64,000 nt of DNA from Haliotis cracherodii (taxonomy: Eukaryota), in assembly GCF_022045235.1 (NCBI RefSeq), contig NW_027266297.1, positions 19,654,001 through 19,718,000 of the forward strand, written 5' to 3'. Position 1 is the stretch's first letter. Each line of letters opens with the position of its first letter. A program made the position numbers and the translations under genes. Positions 12,341 to 25,804 of this stretch are shown here, piece after piece. The notes beneath the pieces are model-generated. The model made no database searches, was not told where the DNA came from, and saw only the letters and a list, made by a program, of their open reading frames with translations.

Positions 12341-13842
12341 CTTCGGACTTAGGGGTTCCACCGTGTGTCTGCAAACTGAACACATCATACGTACACCAAC
12401 AGCCACTGTTGCTTCCAACAGCTAACCTGATCTCAGTACCTCGTTGCCTCGCCTCTGTGACGTCGAGGACAGTGTCGTGTTCATAAATTCCTGGAATTCT
12501 CAACATGCGAGACACGGAATTCCCACGTCAATATTCCAGTGGTTTCCAGGAGCAGGGAGACAGAGGTTACGAACGCGTGACAAAGTTAGTTAGATGGCGC
12601 AACACGGTAGAGACTAATTGTAAGCTTTCACGTCACGGGAAGGGTGGGGGGTAGGGGCAGGAGAGTTGGGGGCACGTGAAGAGAAGGGGAGGGTTATATT
12701 GATGAGAGATGTGACCAGCAAGGGGTACGTCCATCGTTAAATATCGTGTCTGTTTAATAATATTATAATACCTTGAGGTCCTGGGAATGTTCTTGATGTC
12801 GGATTCTGGCATCTGTTGTCTCAGAGTTCCACGGCCAGTATTTACTGCGATGTACTCGCTCCTGGGAGTAGACTTGCACAAGTCTCTAAGTAATTATTAT
12901 AAGTTTAAATCATAATTCCTAGATTATATAAATAACAAGAACACGTTGTCCATTTAAGGACTGACGTCCTTAGGTGTACTGTCCGCTTATCTAGACTTGC
13001 CTATTTTAAGGATAAAATTACTACACACCCATGGACAGACTTGGAGAAAGGCTATCCTGGGAGGGACGGTGGGCTATGTTTGTGTTGTTAGTAAATTCGC
13101 ATTGACTATCACAAAAGGGGGTATACTCATGGTTAATTCCGTTCCTATACACCAGCAATGGTACTCATAGAAATCCAGCGACGCCTGTGACGATACACGA
13201 TACGATATGATATATATGTAGGGATCTAGCAGTATAAAAAACACACGATGCACGATGCGATGCATTGCAACGTAATACTGTTACACGATGCAGATTACGA
13301 TACACGAACCGTTGCATTAACAGGGCTCCACTAAAACACGATACGATTGCTTCGAGAAGTTTCAAGTATAACACGGTACGATATACGAATCACGACTTGA
13401 TGCCATGCACGATGGATGTTGAACACATAGGGTCCGCAATCAGCCACCCAACGACATGCCTAGTGACTATCCCAACAGATATATGAAATGTCCACCCCCT
13501 CCACGGTGTTATTGTTGGGATGTTTTCGTATCAAGGAAACATTCAAAGGCGGGCACTCATCGGGACATCTTCCCTAGGCAAGGGAATTATTGACTATAAA
13601 AGTCCAGTTTACACCCTTGCCGAACTAGGCTTATGAATTATATCTTGGCTGGACTAATGAGTCCATACATAGTCCAATGAAAATCGCGTAACGAAATCAA
13701 CATCCGGTTCAAAAACTGCTGTTCAGATTTCGGTCGACTGCAAGATTTGCAAAACACGCTGGCGGACGTCACTACCACTAGACCACGGGGGCGCCAGTCC
13801 GACGACAGAAGACATGGCGAGGACTGTTATAGTGATAAACAT

Positions 13843-13843
13843 T

Positions 13844-13892
<49 letters not shown>

Positions 13893-13893
13893 C
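13843..13893 (+). repeat. (GAT)n microsatellite
   Basis: Direct. Confidence 0.95.
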
Positions 13894-15114
13894 TACACTA
13901 TTAGTATTACACCTGGCACACATACGGTTACATATGATTTCGAAAACATTATAATCAGAAAAGAAAAAGAAAACAAATAACTGACAGTTTCCTTTAAAAA
14001 AACATTTGAAATATATTTGACAACGACGGTTTACATATGAAATCATTGAACAAATATTTGATAAAAAAATAGCCCTCATACATTACTTTTTTCCAAAAGC
14101 TGCAAAACTATATGACGCATGTTGAACTGAAAATACCCATACAAAAAGAATACAATCAAACATCGTAAAAAACAAATTTGAAACAACCCTTTACGAAAGA
14201 AATTGGCACTGCCACAAAGAAATAATTTCTATAAAAGACAGACATGACCGATAAAGACAATATACGGCATGAAAATCTTATCTGGGACAGAGAATGGGAG
14301 GTAGAATGAAAGCATATAAAGTTAAAACGAAAAGTTTAAAACTAAAGAGTGACGACTATCGGGGATTTGTGCATGTCGAGCTAGCGTCATCCGTTGCTCA
14401 GCTAGACTAAGTAACTGTCAGAGAAAACCTGCACTCGTGGAGATTTATTGATCACTCTTAGAGAGACATCGACGCTTAACGTCCGCCATGCATATCTATA
14501 TATTTGAGATTTGCGTAAAGCTAAACCCCAATTTACAACCCCATATGGCGACCAACTCTCTTTTCCTCATTACGTAATGATTTATCGTGCAGATCAAAAG
14601 TTACCTAGTTTATATGAACAAATATCACATAGTTGGATTTGATTTTCACTCGATATCAAAGACTACCCTGTGTGAGTCATGCTGTGTGTGAGACGCACGC
14701 AGCGTAATGATACTGAAATCGACAAGCATGGATTTCATTCACTCATCGTGACGACAAGATATCTGCATAGGAAGATCCCATCAGACTGGTTGTCAAGAAC
14801 ACAATTGACATATGAAGGTCTGATGAAAGGCAGTCAACGCTGATTCAGGGTTGGTCGTACTGGACACTTCACAATAGGAAATAACAGCTCCCTAAGTAGA
14901 TGACATTATTAGAAAATCGGGATTCAGGGGTATTTTTAACCTATGAATTTACCGGTGTAACTAATGTACGTAAGGCGATTGACTTCCTTGTCTCCATTTT
15001 TTTATTCATCATAACTTATAACATTACAGTACATGGACCTATTCGATTCCAATAGGAGCTGATAAAACTAAATGTCATAAGACCTTTAAGACTTCTTACA
15101 CCACAGTCGAGGTA

Positions 15115-15325
15115 CATCATCACCATAAGCAGCACATCAACATCATCATCATCACCATCGTCATCGTCATCAACCTCATCAACAGCAGCATCATAAGCAG
15201 CACATCAGTATCAGCATGATCAAGATCATCACCATAAGCAGCACATTATCATCATAAGCAGCACATCAGCATAATCATAAGCATAAGCATCATCATCATA
15301 AGCATCTTAATAATAACCATCATCA
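15115..15325 (+). repeat. Degenerate (CAT/CAG)n low-complexity tract
   Basis: Direct. Confidence 0.85.
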
Positions 15326-17175
15326 ATGTTGCTATTCTACTTCCATATATTATTACCCTTTATAATCCTCTTCCTCAAACCGGTTACAGACTATAGTGCT
15401 ATCCATACAGGCAATTATCTTAAACAGACAGAACGGTAACTTTAGTCAGACCAAACAGCTATAACTCACAGACATATCAAATATAGTGGATAGAATTTTG
15501 ACTTGAAAGTCGCAGCAGTGTATTTATTTCATACCTACTCAAATAGAATCAGGACTTCTCCAGTCAGTTGCTAATCTGTCAAACACTCTAAATTAAGTGT
15601 CCTGCCAGACCAGGTACAACACACATCTGTTGGCGCACTTCCACAATGAGTCACGGTGTTATCACTCTTTAAAGAATTGGCTCACTATTGATAAGGCTTA
15701 GGAATGAAATCTATCGCAAAATATAACTCAGGGTTTACAAGAGACCTCGTTTCAACATTTCTAGTCATTATTAACTGCAACAATGCCAAAGATTTGAGAA
15801 TTTGCAGACCTTGCAATAAATTAACTTCACTTAGTTCTGTATTTGGCAGGTACGATAGGGTTTATTAGTAATTAAAAGAGTGTGCTTGTCAAGTCGGGTT
15901 CGATTCCAGCCATGGATACAATATGTTGGTGTCTGTAGGGGAAAGTTAAGATGATAGGTTTAATGTACTGGATGCTAAATTCATTGCTACTCTTTCAAGT
16001 AAATGCAACTTCTAAGATTAGATCTTAAAATTTAAGATACAGTTCTGGCAGATAGATTCTGGCATATGTTCAAAATGTGCAGGCAGGAGACTGCAGATGG
16101 GTCAAGATTAGTTTACATATGACTTTTAGCGGAAATGATCTTACTGAAGGATGGTTATGTCCGGTCACGTGACCATGAACTTCCTGACCGGAAGGACATT
16201 TCTCATCCTCAGCTGAAGCCACTATCCCCGGTTCAAATCATTGGTTAAACTTTACTACATGCGCATTTAGTCACTGACCCTGGCAGCGACCCTGCAGTAG
16301 CACGAGCTTGTCACAGAATCAGGACAAGGGTCTGTCAGAATTAGGAAGAGGGACAGAACGCCAAATTGGTGGATGCCGAAAACATCACACAATCTTGAAA
16401 GCTCAGAATGGTCGTATTTATTAAGAGTAACAGATAAAGTTATAAAACAATCAGCATTTACTGTACCTTTCTTGTTTTGTCTGCTGTACATTTTTTGATA
16501 CATAGAATAAAGCAGTTAGGTTGTCGTATCGCTATGTTCCCTACACGTGTGGGTGTGTGCATGGAAGTTTTGTCTGCTATACTCTTTTGGGGCACATCCT
16601 TTGCTTAGACACCTAACTTGTTGACTTTGTCACTTGCGTAATACCATTTATTGGCCAATGCAAGAAAACCATATTTTTGTCGGGTAGAATCTTGGCAACA
16701 AGGTTTACAACCATCAAAATGTATCACTGATGTTGCCAGCTTTTCCACGAACTTTTGTCGCGGCCATCATGGATTTTGAAATGGCCGCCATTTCTCATCC
16801 GCCCTCTGTAATGTTAAAAAATGTAACCGTCTTTGACATTATGAAACACAAGCATGATACATCAAATGGAAGCTACTTTAATGCACATATAAGGAGAAAT
16901 TAGTTAAAAATCTTAAATTCACGATAACTTGAAATTTACATTGACAATTAGAGTGGATAGACACAAAAGGCTGACTGGTTTTCATTCTATCTTTTGAGAC
17001 GTCCCGAAGTAAATAGCCAACAGGTAAAGTTACCGCTGCCAGACACGAGGTGGTCCCTTGACAAACACTGCTCCACCGTTGTCGTTAGCAAAAGGCTCAT
17101 TGCTCCCGGGCAAAGTTATCGCTGCAGAATTGCATGTGGTTCAAGTCTTTGCAGCTTGGTTGAACATGAAGAATA

Positions 17176-18540
17176 TACTCTTTAAAAAAATGAAACGCAA
17201 AACGGATATTTTTGGCCATAAAAGCAGAATAAGTTGACCAAGAGGTGCATTATGAAGAGATGTAATGTGTTATAGTGTCAATGACAAATTTCCCGGATCA
17301 AAATGACCACAACAAGGACATGCAAACCATAAGTCGGGAAACACGTACGATTCGGTAAAAAACGCACCTAGTGCGTTAACAAAGGGCCATGTGTAGTTGC
17401 ACGCACTGCACGTGCATCAGCACTATGAACGGTATTAAAGTGCAGGGCTTTTGATTGCCTGGCATCTGCGTCAACAGTGACAGTTCAACAACATGCAAAG
17501 ATTAACAGAAGTGCATTGGCATAGGCCGCTTGCAGGCAGGGGAATCCTGATCAGCTGTAGCCAGGGTTTTCAATGTAGCGTCCAGCACCATCACAAGGCT
17601 ATGGGGTCGGTTTCAACACCATGGGTCAACACGTGATCGGCCAAGGTCGGGACGACCAAGAGTAACTACCCCCACCCAAGATCGCTACATCCGACTGCGC
17701 CACCTACGTGAAAGGACGACCACAGCCACCTCAACCGCATCCCAAATACCCGGACTTCGCAGAATCTCCGACCAGACCGTACGAAACCGTTTAAGAGCAG
17801 CAGGTCTTCGAGCAAGACGTCCTGTTTCGACGTGTCATATTGAGTCGACAACATCGTCAACAACGACTGCATTGGTATCGTCAACACAGGGTATGGCCTC
17901 AGGGAAGGAAGAGCACGGGTCTACAGACGTCGGGGTGAACGTTACCCAGCAAGCTGCGTACAGGAAGTGGACAGGTTTGGTGGGGGTAGCGTTATGATCT
18001 TATGGGCATTGCTCATCATGGCATGACAGGTTTGGTCCATTTCCAGGGCAATCTTACCGCTCAACGATACATCAACGGAATTCTCCTAATTGCAACGTCC
18101 TCCCAATTGCAACGGCAACGATGAATTCCACCAGGACAGCGCTCGACCGCATACAGCACGGATCACAAGTCTACACAACAACGTTGATGCTCTCCCCTGG
18201 CCTTCCAGATCCCCAGATTTGAACCCGATAGAGCATATGTGGGAAGAATTGGATAGACGGCTTTTGCGTTGCAGGCCGATACCATTCCCCAGGATGTGAT
18301 TCGCATACTCGTCTCTTCCACGGGCAGGAGATGTCAGGCCGCTATCGATTCCAGCGTGGGGCATACGCGTTATTGATGATAGCTTTTCCTATCTACCGAT
18401 ATCTACCGATAACTGAGATGACTACAATCACCAAGTGTTCTCTCCACAACATTTTGGCTCAATACCATTTACGGTTCCTCGTATAAATGTATTTTTCTAC
18501 GTCACACAGATCTGGATTTGCGTTTCTTTTTGGAAGAGTA
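17176..18540 (+). mobile_element. Decayed Tc1-like (IS630-Tc1-mariner) DNA transposon
   Basis: TA target duplications at 17174-75 and 18541-42. TIRs TACTCTTTAAAAAAATGAAACGCAAA and TACTCTTCCAAAAAGAAACGCAAA (reverse complement). Internal transposase remnants. Confidence 0.9.
17513..18299 (+). pseudogene. Tc1-like transposase pseudogene (frameshifts, stops, deletions)
   Basis: AIGRLQAGES*SAVARVFNV..DRPRSGRPRVTT (paired-like HTH and GRPR motif) and FHQDSARPHTAR..WPSRSPDLNPIEHMW (catalytic D..E spacing 31, short of DD34E). Confidence 0.88.
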
Positions 18541-18799
18541 TATAACCTTTCATGGAAAATAACTTCTTTACCGAAGATACGATTCGTGTGTATTTCTTGT
18601 CGCTTATCATTTCACGAGACACAGTGGCAAGAAGTAACCGTGAAACGTCGTGGGAACAAGAAGCTGTTATGCATAAGTTTCATATTTTCAAATATACTCG
18701 TAGTTCGTTAACGGGCGTGGTTCTAATGTAGACAGCATTCAGTACCTTCGCAAAGTTACCGCTGAAATACCTGGTCCCTTGAAGGAAGTGATGCCATAA

Positions 18800-19050
18800 C
18801 ATGCAGCAATATGTATGCACTATGCAGCAACATTCAGAAATAGTCAGCAATATTTACACAACATTCAGCAACATTCAGCAATATTTGCACCACATTCAGC
18901 AATATTTACGCAACATTCAGCAGTATTTAGACAAATTCAGAATTTTTTATGCAATATTCAGCAATTTTTCCGCAATATTCAGCACTATTCACACACTATA
19001 CAGCAATATTTACACAATATATAGCAATTTACACACACAATTGAGCAATA
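18800..19050 (+). repeat. Degenerate ~20-bp tandem repeat (ACATTCAGCAATATTTACAC-like)
   Basis: Recurring CAGCAATATT units. Confidence 0.75.
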
Positions 19051-19149
19051 TTCCAGATGTATGAGTAGGGAAGCCTACAGCCTGCCTCACACATGGTACC
19101 GTGGTGGGCAACCGACCCCCGTCAGCTGTCTGACGGCATAGTAGACTGG

Positions 19150-19320
19150 AGTGAATGAATGAGTGATTATGGTTTTACGCCGCTCTTAGCAATATTCAAG
19201 CAATATCACGGCGGGGGACACCAGAAATGGGCTTCACACATTGTACCCATGTCGGCAATCGAACCCGGGTCTTCGGCATGATGAGCGAACGCTTTAACCA
19301 CTGGGACACCCGACCGCCCC
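19150..19320 (-). mobile_element. SINE family A copy
   Basis: Homologous to 32927-33108. Confidence 0.88.
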
Positions 19321-19330
19321 TAGAAAACTG

Positions 19331-19482
19331 NNNNNNNNNNNNNNNNNNNNNNNNNNNNNNNNNNNNNNNNNNNNNNNNNNNNNNNNNNNNNNNNNNNNNN
19401 NNNNNNNNNNNNNNNNNNNNNNNNNNNNNNNNNNNNNNNNNNNNNNNNNNNNNNNNNNNNNNNNNNNNNNNNNNNNNNNNNN
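19331..19482. other. Assembly gap (N run)
   Basis: 152 N. Confidence 1.
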
Positions 19483-21574
19483 AGTTTGGAATTTCATGGA
19501 TCGTTCATGCATTGTCATCACCGCTATAACTATTTCTCCCACAAATAGTTCCCCCGGTGGGGCTTTTCAACTGGCACCCACGGGCATGCACCCTACTCCT
19601 CCCCCCAAGAGCATACCTGTCGCCAAACGGAGTGATATACACCCCCGTAATCCACTCGTGGCAGACCAAGGCAATCAGCCGATCGTATATCTGCCTCGCT
19701 CCTCCTGATTGGCTGATTTACGGCCTCAGGTGGGAACTCTCCTTTTCCTTGAGTCATAAATACTCCAATTATTAACTAAACCGCGACTTGTGCGCATGTC
19801 AACACTTTTTATTGTACACTCTGGTTTCTTTTTAGTAGCAATCACGGCTTGAGTATTCAATGCTTTGAGGAACGAGATAAAATAAACTGTGACGGACTTT
19901 ATTCCTTTTCAACAATTTAATATGTAGTTGAGGTACAAAAGATTCGACAAGTTTGTCTTAATACTTGAAGTGCCTTCTTTGATGTTGAGAATGCCACAGC
20001 GCTCGAGCTCCTTGTTACAACCAGGCGGGACAATAGACCAACAGAAATATACTCATGCAACGAAACAGTTAAACGTTATTAACAGTTGCTTAAAAGCCGG
20101 GCACACTCATTCCGTCCCGCTACAATATATTAGTCATCAAAAGGCGGTTGTTTACATTTTTTGTGTTGAAATTGGGTGTCTGATCCTCTCAGTTATATGT
20201 ACCTCACCAAATGAGAGGTACTTGGGTTTAACCATACAAAGAGTAAATCAAGTTCACTTTTTCTATTTTTTAAAAAGTTAAGATTGTTATCGTCACAGAA
20301 CCTATACAAAAATGAGCACTTAGCTTGTGAAAATATGCGTAATGATAAGTTCTTGAGAGAGACATTTTGCAATTTTGTGAGCTGACTTTGTGAACCGGAA
20401 ACCTCAGGATCAATAAATCAAATGATCAAACACATGGACAGTAAAACACCGTTAGTCCGGAGACCCTCCCCCCCCCCCCCCCTTCCGCCGACTACTGTTC
20501 GGAACGTCTGTGAAAGTTTTCATTTCATGTTCTTAAATAAAGGTATGAAAAGTGTCAGACATGTTCAAATGATTGACAACGGGATATCTTCCTTCTGATA
20601 TCATAAATGTTTGTACTTCTAATAGGATTAACTACGTGAAAGGAAATCTAGGTATGCACAATTATGGGACCCAGGATGATTGATTTATAATGTTTGCATC
20701 CATTTGATTTACATCTCCTTAAAAATTATTCTCTTTGGCACATTGTATCCTTCCCTGTACATTAAGTGTTATTATACACGTCTAAAATATAGAAGTGGTG
20801 ACATGCACAAAGTCTCATTAAAACATTCTTATAATATTACACATCTGATACTTTACGATATCCAGAGTTTTGCTCATTATGTTAATCTTTACTACTTCAC
20901 TGGGAACGGTATTATTTGGATTAGAGGTTTCATCTCATGGTTTAATTATAATAGGACATTTATATTGCGCATATTTCCACGCCAAACAGAGGCATGCTCA
21001 AACCGCTATTATTACCCCGGTCACTGGATCAGTGTGCACTAAAAAATCATTCTCAGCTCCTTTGGGAGTATACATCCCAAGCTGCTAGAAGTTTAACATC
21101 CACTTCGCCCTCTCATCCGAACGGGTACCCATTATTGAATCGTCAGAGCGTGAATGCATGTGAATACATGTGAATAAATGTGAATACATGTTAATATATG
21201 TAAAATACAATTTTTTTGCGGCAGGTCTGAGGGTTATATATGATAACAGCAGCGAGTTCGCGAAGTGGGTTCCATCTTTATGTTGTGTTGGAAGACATTA
21301 AATATGTGCTTGTACTTCTCATATGTATTATGAGTGAATCGTAATTATTGCTAGGATGTTTACTGAATGTTATTTTCAGGTCACGTATATCCTGTATTAT
21401 AATGGACATGTTTACACATTGAATGATAACAATAGTCAGATGTACCGATATAAACAACACAATGTATCTATGGATTTCGTGATTGTTTTAAACCAACTAG
21501 TTTTGATTATTCAGTGGTTTAATGTTTTTGCTGGTCTCAATAAAGACACAATGAAAACTAAACACAAGTGACAA

Positions 21575-21965
21575 AACCCTTTCAATATTCATAAGAACCT
21601 TCTGCCAAAAGTAGAGCCATGAGCTTGTAGTTATGAATCACAATCACATGGTATTGATAACAGGTGTTCCCGAAAAGGTGAGCGTATCCTGTCCCACCTG
21701 TGACACCCGTCACAAACACATGCAATTGCACGTCATTTCTACTCCTGAAAAATACCAGGAGAATATATTGTATTGTGTGTTCATATGGAAAAGTCAAAAT
21801 AGGGAATTGCATCGGATATCATGTTTGTCACTGATGCGTCAAAATTCGAATTGTCCTCCAAATGTCTACCATGAAAGGTTTTGAAAGTTCGACCTAGTCG
21901 TTGAATGTTGTATAACCTTGATCAAACAACTTTTGAGCAAGAGTTGTATAAACAAGGACTTTAAA
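21575..21965 (-). mobile_element. 3' fragment of the same Penelope-like family (RT end and 3' UTR)
   Basis: Reverse complement matches 63570-63930 (CTCAAAAGTTGTTTGATCAAGGTTA..TTTCATGGTAGACA..GTGACGGGTGTCACAGGTGGGACAGGATACGCTCACC). Confidence 0.8.
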
Positions 21966-22934
21966 CGCGAGCCAAGCTAGCGTGGGCATCGTTACATAAG
22001 TTTTGAACCAGGCTGGTAACGACAACATCCATATAGTGTATAACATTAATGCATGTATTTTGCAATATATATTTTCAAAGTTTTGATCCTAATTTAGTTT
22101 TTCATTTATGGATTTCTCCGCGTGATATTGCAGTAATAGTACCCACGTTGATCTTTGCTTTCACAGCACCGTTTTGTGTCAGTATTGTATAATTGCAGTA
22201 CGTGAATATAATCAATAGATGGTCCAAATTAACATTACTAAACACGTTGTCTTTATAGGCTACCCGGCACAGAACTATAACCTAGTATATGCACTAATCA
22301 TTGCATCAAAGTACACGATTTACAGCTATACTATTTTTAACAATTCGCCTACATTTAACCAGCTTAGAGAGGAGCTCACGCAACATTACTACACGACAAA
22401 TACACTGTATCAATTTAAAGAATTTCTTTAAGACATTTTGGTCAAATTGTCACTCATTATTTTGTTGTTAACTGTTTACTTTTGTGTAGCTTGTATACAT
22501 ATCAAATTTTGATATGCAACAGAAAATATATAAATAAATTTAAAATATATAACCAAGATATATGTTTATGAAAAAGAATATAAACTGAGGGGCAAAAGAA
22601 AGTACAAAAGAGATTTTTTACTCTTTGAACATTAACAGAACTATTGTTAATTTTGATTATGTCTATTTAACCATCACTCATTGCTGCGATAGTTGTACAA
22701 AGTAATGCTGGGTAAGTATGAGTGTTGGTTCAGTGAAGACTGGGGTAAGACATGAATTTGTAACCACATGACCCCTGCCATGTTTGAAATGTTGTAAAGT
22801 TCTGCCGAAAAAAGCAAATTTATTGATTTTCAAAGATAAGATGTCTAACATACCCATCAGCTGTTGTGTATGATGCGAATTTGTTTTAATTCAAATTATA
22901 TTTTATAAAGTAAAACTATTCTTATAACTAATAC

Positions 22935-23710
22935 TATAACTGTACTATAACTAATTCGACATACCAATATGTAATTACTATAACTAATTCGATATACACA
23001 TCTGTAATTACTATAACTAACCCGATATACAAATCTGTAATTACTATAACTAATTCGATATACAGATCCGTAATTACTATAACTAATTCGATATACAAAT
23101 CTGTAATTACTATAACTTACTCGATAAACAAATCTGTAATTACTATAACTAAGTCGATATGCAAATTTGTAATTACTATAACTAACCCGATATGCAAATC
23201 TGTAAATACGATAACTAACTCGATATACAAATCTGTAATTACTATTACTAACCCGATATACAAATCTGTAAATACTATAACTAACCCGATATACAAATCT
23301 GTAATTACTATAACTAATTCGATATACAAATCTGTATTTACTATTACTAACCCGATATACAAATCTGTAATTACTATAACTAACCCGATATACAAATCTG
23401 TAAGTACTATACCTAACCCGATGTACAAATCTGTAATTACTATAACTAACCCGATATGCAAATCTGTAATTACTATAACTAACTCGATATACAAATCTGT
23501 AATTACTATAACTAACTCGATATACAAATATGTAATTACTATAACTAACTCGATATACAAATCTGTAAATACTATAACTAATCCGACCTACAAATCTGTA
23601 AATACTATAACTAACCCGACATACAAATCTGTAATTACTATAACAGACTTGACATACAAATCTGTAATTACTATAACTAACTTGATATACAAATCCGTTA
23701 TTACTATAAG
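22935..23710 (+). repeat. 33-bp minisatellite (TACAAATCTGTAATTACTATAACTAACCCGATA), about 23 copies
   Basis: Tandem units; explains the 11-aa periodic ORFs. Confidence 0.95.
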
Positions 23711-24886
23711 AACACAACCAAAAATATTACTTCACAAATGACATGACGCGTTAGATATTACTGAAACTGTTGTAACACGAAATATGTGTTCCATGACGTA
23801 CATACTGCTATGCATGAACAGGGTAATAACCAAACCTTACATCGCCCCTTTATATATTAATGAGGATAGTTACTGTTACTGTCATCTCAAGGTTTGGAAT
23901 AGAATGACGTTGTTTATGGCGAAATATATATATTTACCTGATTTCCACAGCGTTCATTGCACGAATGTAAATAAAAGTACTAAATAACATGTTAGCCCAC
24001 ACCACCACCCCACCCCTGACCCCCGGGCTGTTCGGTGCACACGTCACCGCTGCCACGACACACAGACACGGCGTCGACACGTTCACGCATCTACTCTAGA
24101 CTTGCTCAGGGCCCCTTTTAGCTGCGTTCAATTTGCGATTTTACTAAGCATGGCGGGGTTATTTTTCCTATTTCTACTGTTCAAACTATTCCTGTGTAAT
24201 ATTTTCATATGATTAACATCATAATGATTAAATAAAAGCAAATCCAGACAATTATAATTAGTTTCGGAAGTCACCATGCTCAACTCATTTCAATTAAGTT
24301 TTTAAAAATATGATACAGTAAATGTTTCATAAATAGCTCACAAATGTTGTCTTCGAAAGACAGTTTGACTGTATATCTTATTTTGATCACATTAGTTACT
24401 TAATATCAAGTATACACTTATGTGTATGTAACATCATATTTTCGTGCGTTGGAGCATGACTGTGGAGTAGATAAACTGTGTGGTTTAACCTTATTGTCTT
24501 TGCTGAGTAGTGTATGTATTTAAGGTAAATATCCGGTATTTTAATAATAAATGTACTGTTAGGTCTATTGTCGAGGACCTTTACGTGCTGCATGAAGCCA
24601 TCAATGTAGTAAATAGGGATATATTTTACAAGCATTTGGATATTTGAATTATATAATCTCTCATTAATTTGTCCAATATCATTTCAATGTTACACATACT
24701 AATACGATGGCGTCCACGTTCCGCTTTAGTTAGCTAAAAAATACGCCACTTGACATATTAACTTCATGAAACGTCATGAAGACTTTTCAGTCCACAATCA
24801 TTGTTGAATTGAATATACAATAAAACGAAATAACTCAATATTCGGATTTCATTGTATTATTCCTTTCCTATCTCGAAATATATTTC

Positions 24887-25021
24887 AACTCGAAGTTGTC
24901 TCAAATCGTTAACTGTATATAGAGCTCAGCATTTAATTGTCGATCATTGCGTTATCTTAACCAGGTTTGTTTGTTTGTTGAGTTCTATATACAGTTAACG
25001 ATTTGAGACAACTTCGGGGTT
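24887..25021. repeat. ~45-bp near-perfect inverted repeat with ~44-bp spacer
   Basis: 24887-24931 is the reverse complement of 24976-25021, with 3-4 differences. Confidence 0.9.
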
Positions 25022-25439
25022 TCCCTTTTCGAGAACACCTGGTGCCATCAATGATTTTCAGTGATCTTTTCATATAATTTTTACCTTTATTTTGCCTTTC
25101 ACGCCCAAAGATATCTGTTTCGGCAGATGATCGAGACTGGTTATCGAGACTGGCGTATGTATGTTCTACTCATTACTGGACACTGCGATGGTTGTAGGTC
25201 ACAGAGCGATGCCGGGCTTACTATCAGTCTGGTGTTGTTCATAACACAACAGTTTGTTGTCAGTATCATACGGCATGTATATAAACCTGCCAGGATCAAT
25301 GTAAACACGATCTCTCCTACATATGTCAAACAGACACGTGTTGTAGACATGCTCATGTCATCATTATAAACAACAGGGCGAATGTCATCCCTCCAGTCAG
25401 GGACACGCACGGCACACCGTCCAGTCCATAGCACTGAGT

Positions 25440-25706
25440 GTGTTTGTTTGTTTGTTGTTTAAGTAATATTTCAGTAATATTTCAGCTATATGACGGCGGT
25501 CTGTACATAATCGTGTCTGGACCAGACAATCCATTGACTGACATCATGCGTATCGATCTACGCATTTGGGATACGATGACATGCATCAACCAAGTCAGCG
25601 AGTGTGACCACCCGATCCCGTTAGTCGCCTCTTACGACAAACACAGTCACATTTGACGACAAACATGGGTTGCTAGGACCACTTGTGACCCGGACCTTCA
25701 CGGTAA
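25440..25706 (-). mobile_element. SINE family D copy, full length
   Basis: TSD CACTGAGT at 25432-39 and 25707-14; duplicated head hairpin. Confidence 0.87.
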
Positions 25707-25804
25707 CACTGAGTAATGCGGCCTAATTGTAATTAAAATTTTGTACAGAAGCAAGTACAATTTTTCAGGGAGTGCTCATTGAATGAAATTCGTTATTTGT
25801 GCTT

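Noticed and set aside
13747-13980. Poly-Asp ORF, and the poly-Met/Ile/Ser ORF at 1070
   Set aside because: Microsatellite translations.
15935-16925. Possible DNA transposon (GGTCACGTGACC, ATGGCCGCCAT motifs; similar at ~7230-7330 and ~39900-40220)
   Set aside because: The composition is suggestive, but I could not identify matching termini or TSDs.
22896-23741. 273-aa, 147-aa and 106-aa ORFs (YRVSYSNYRFV repeats etc.)
   Set aside because: By-products of a 33-bp minisatellite open in several frames; no splice or domain evidence.
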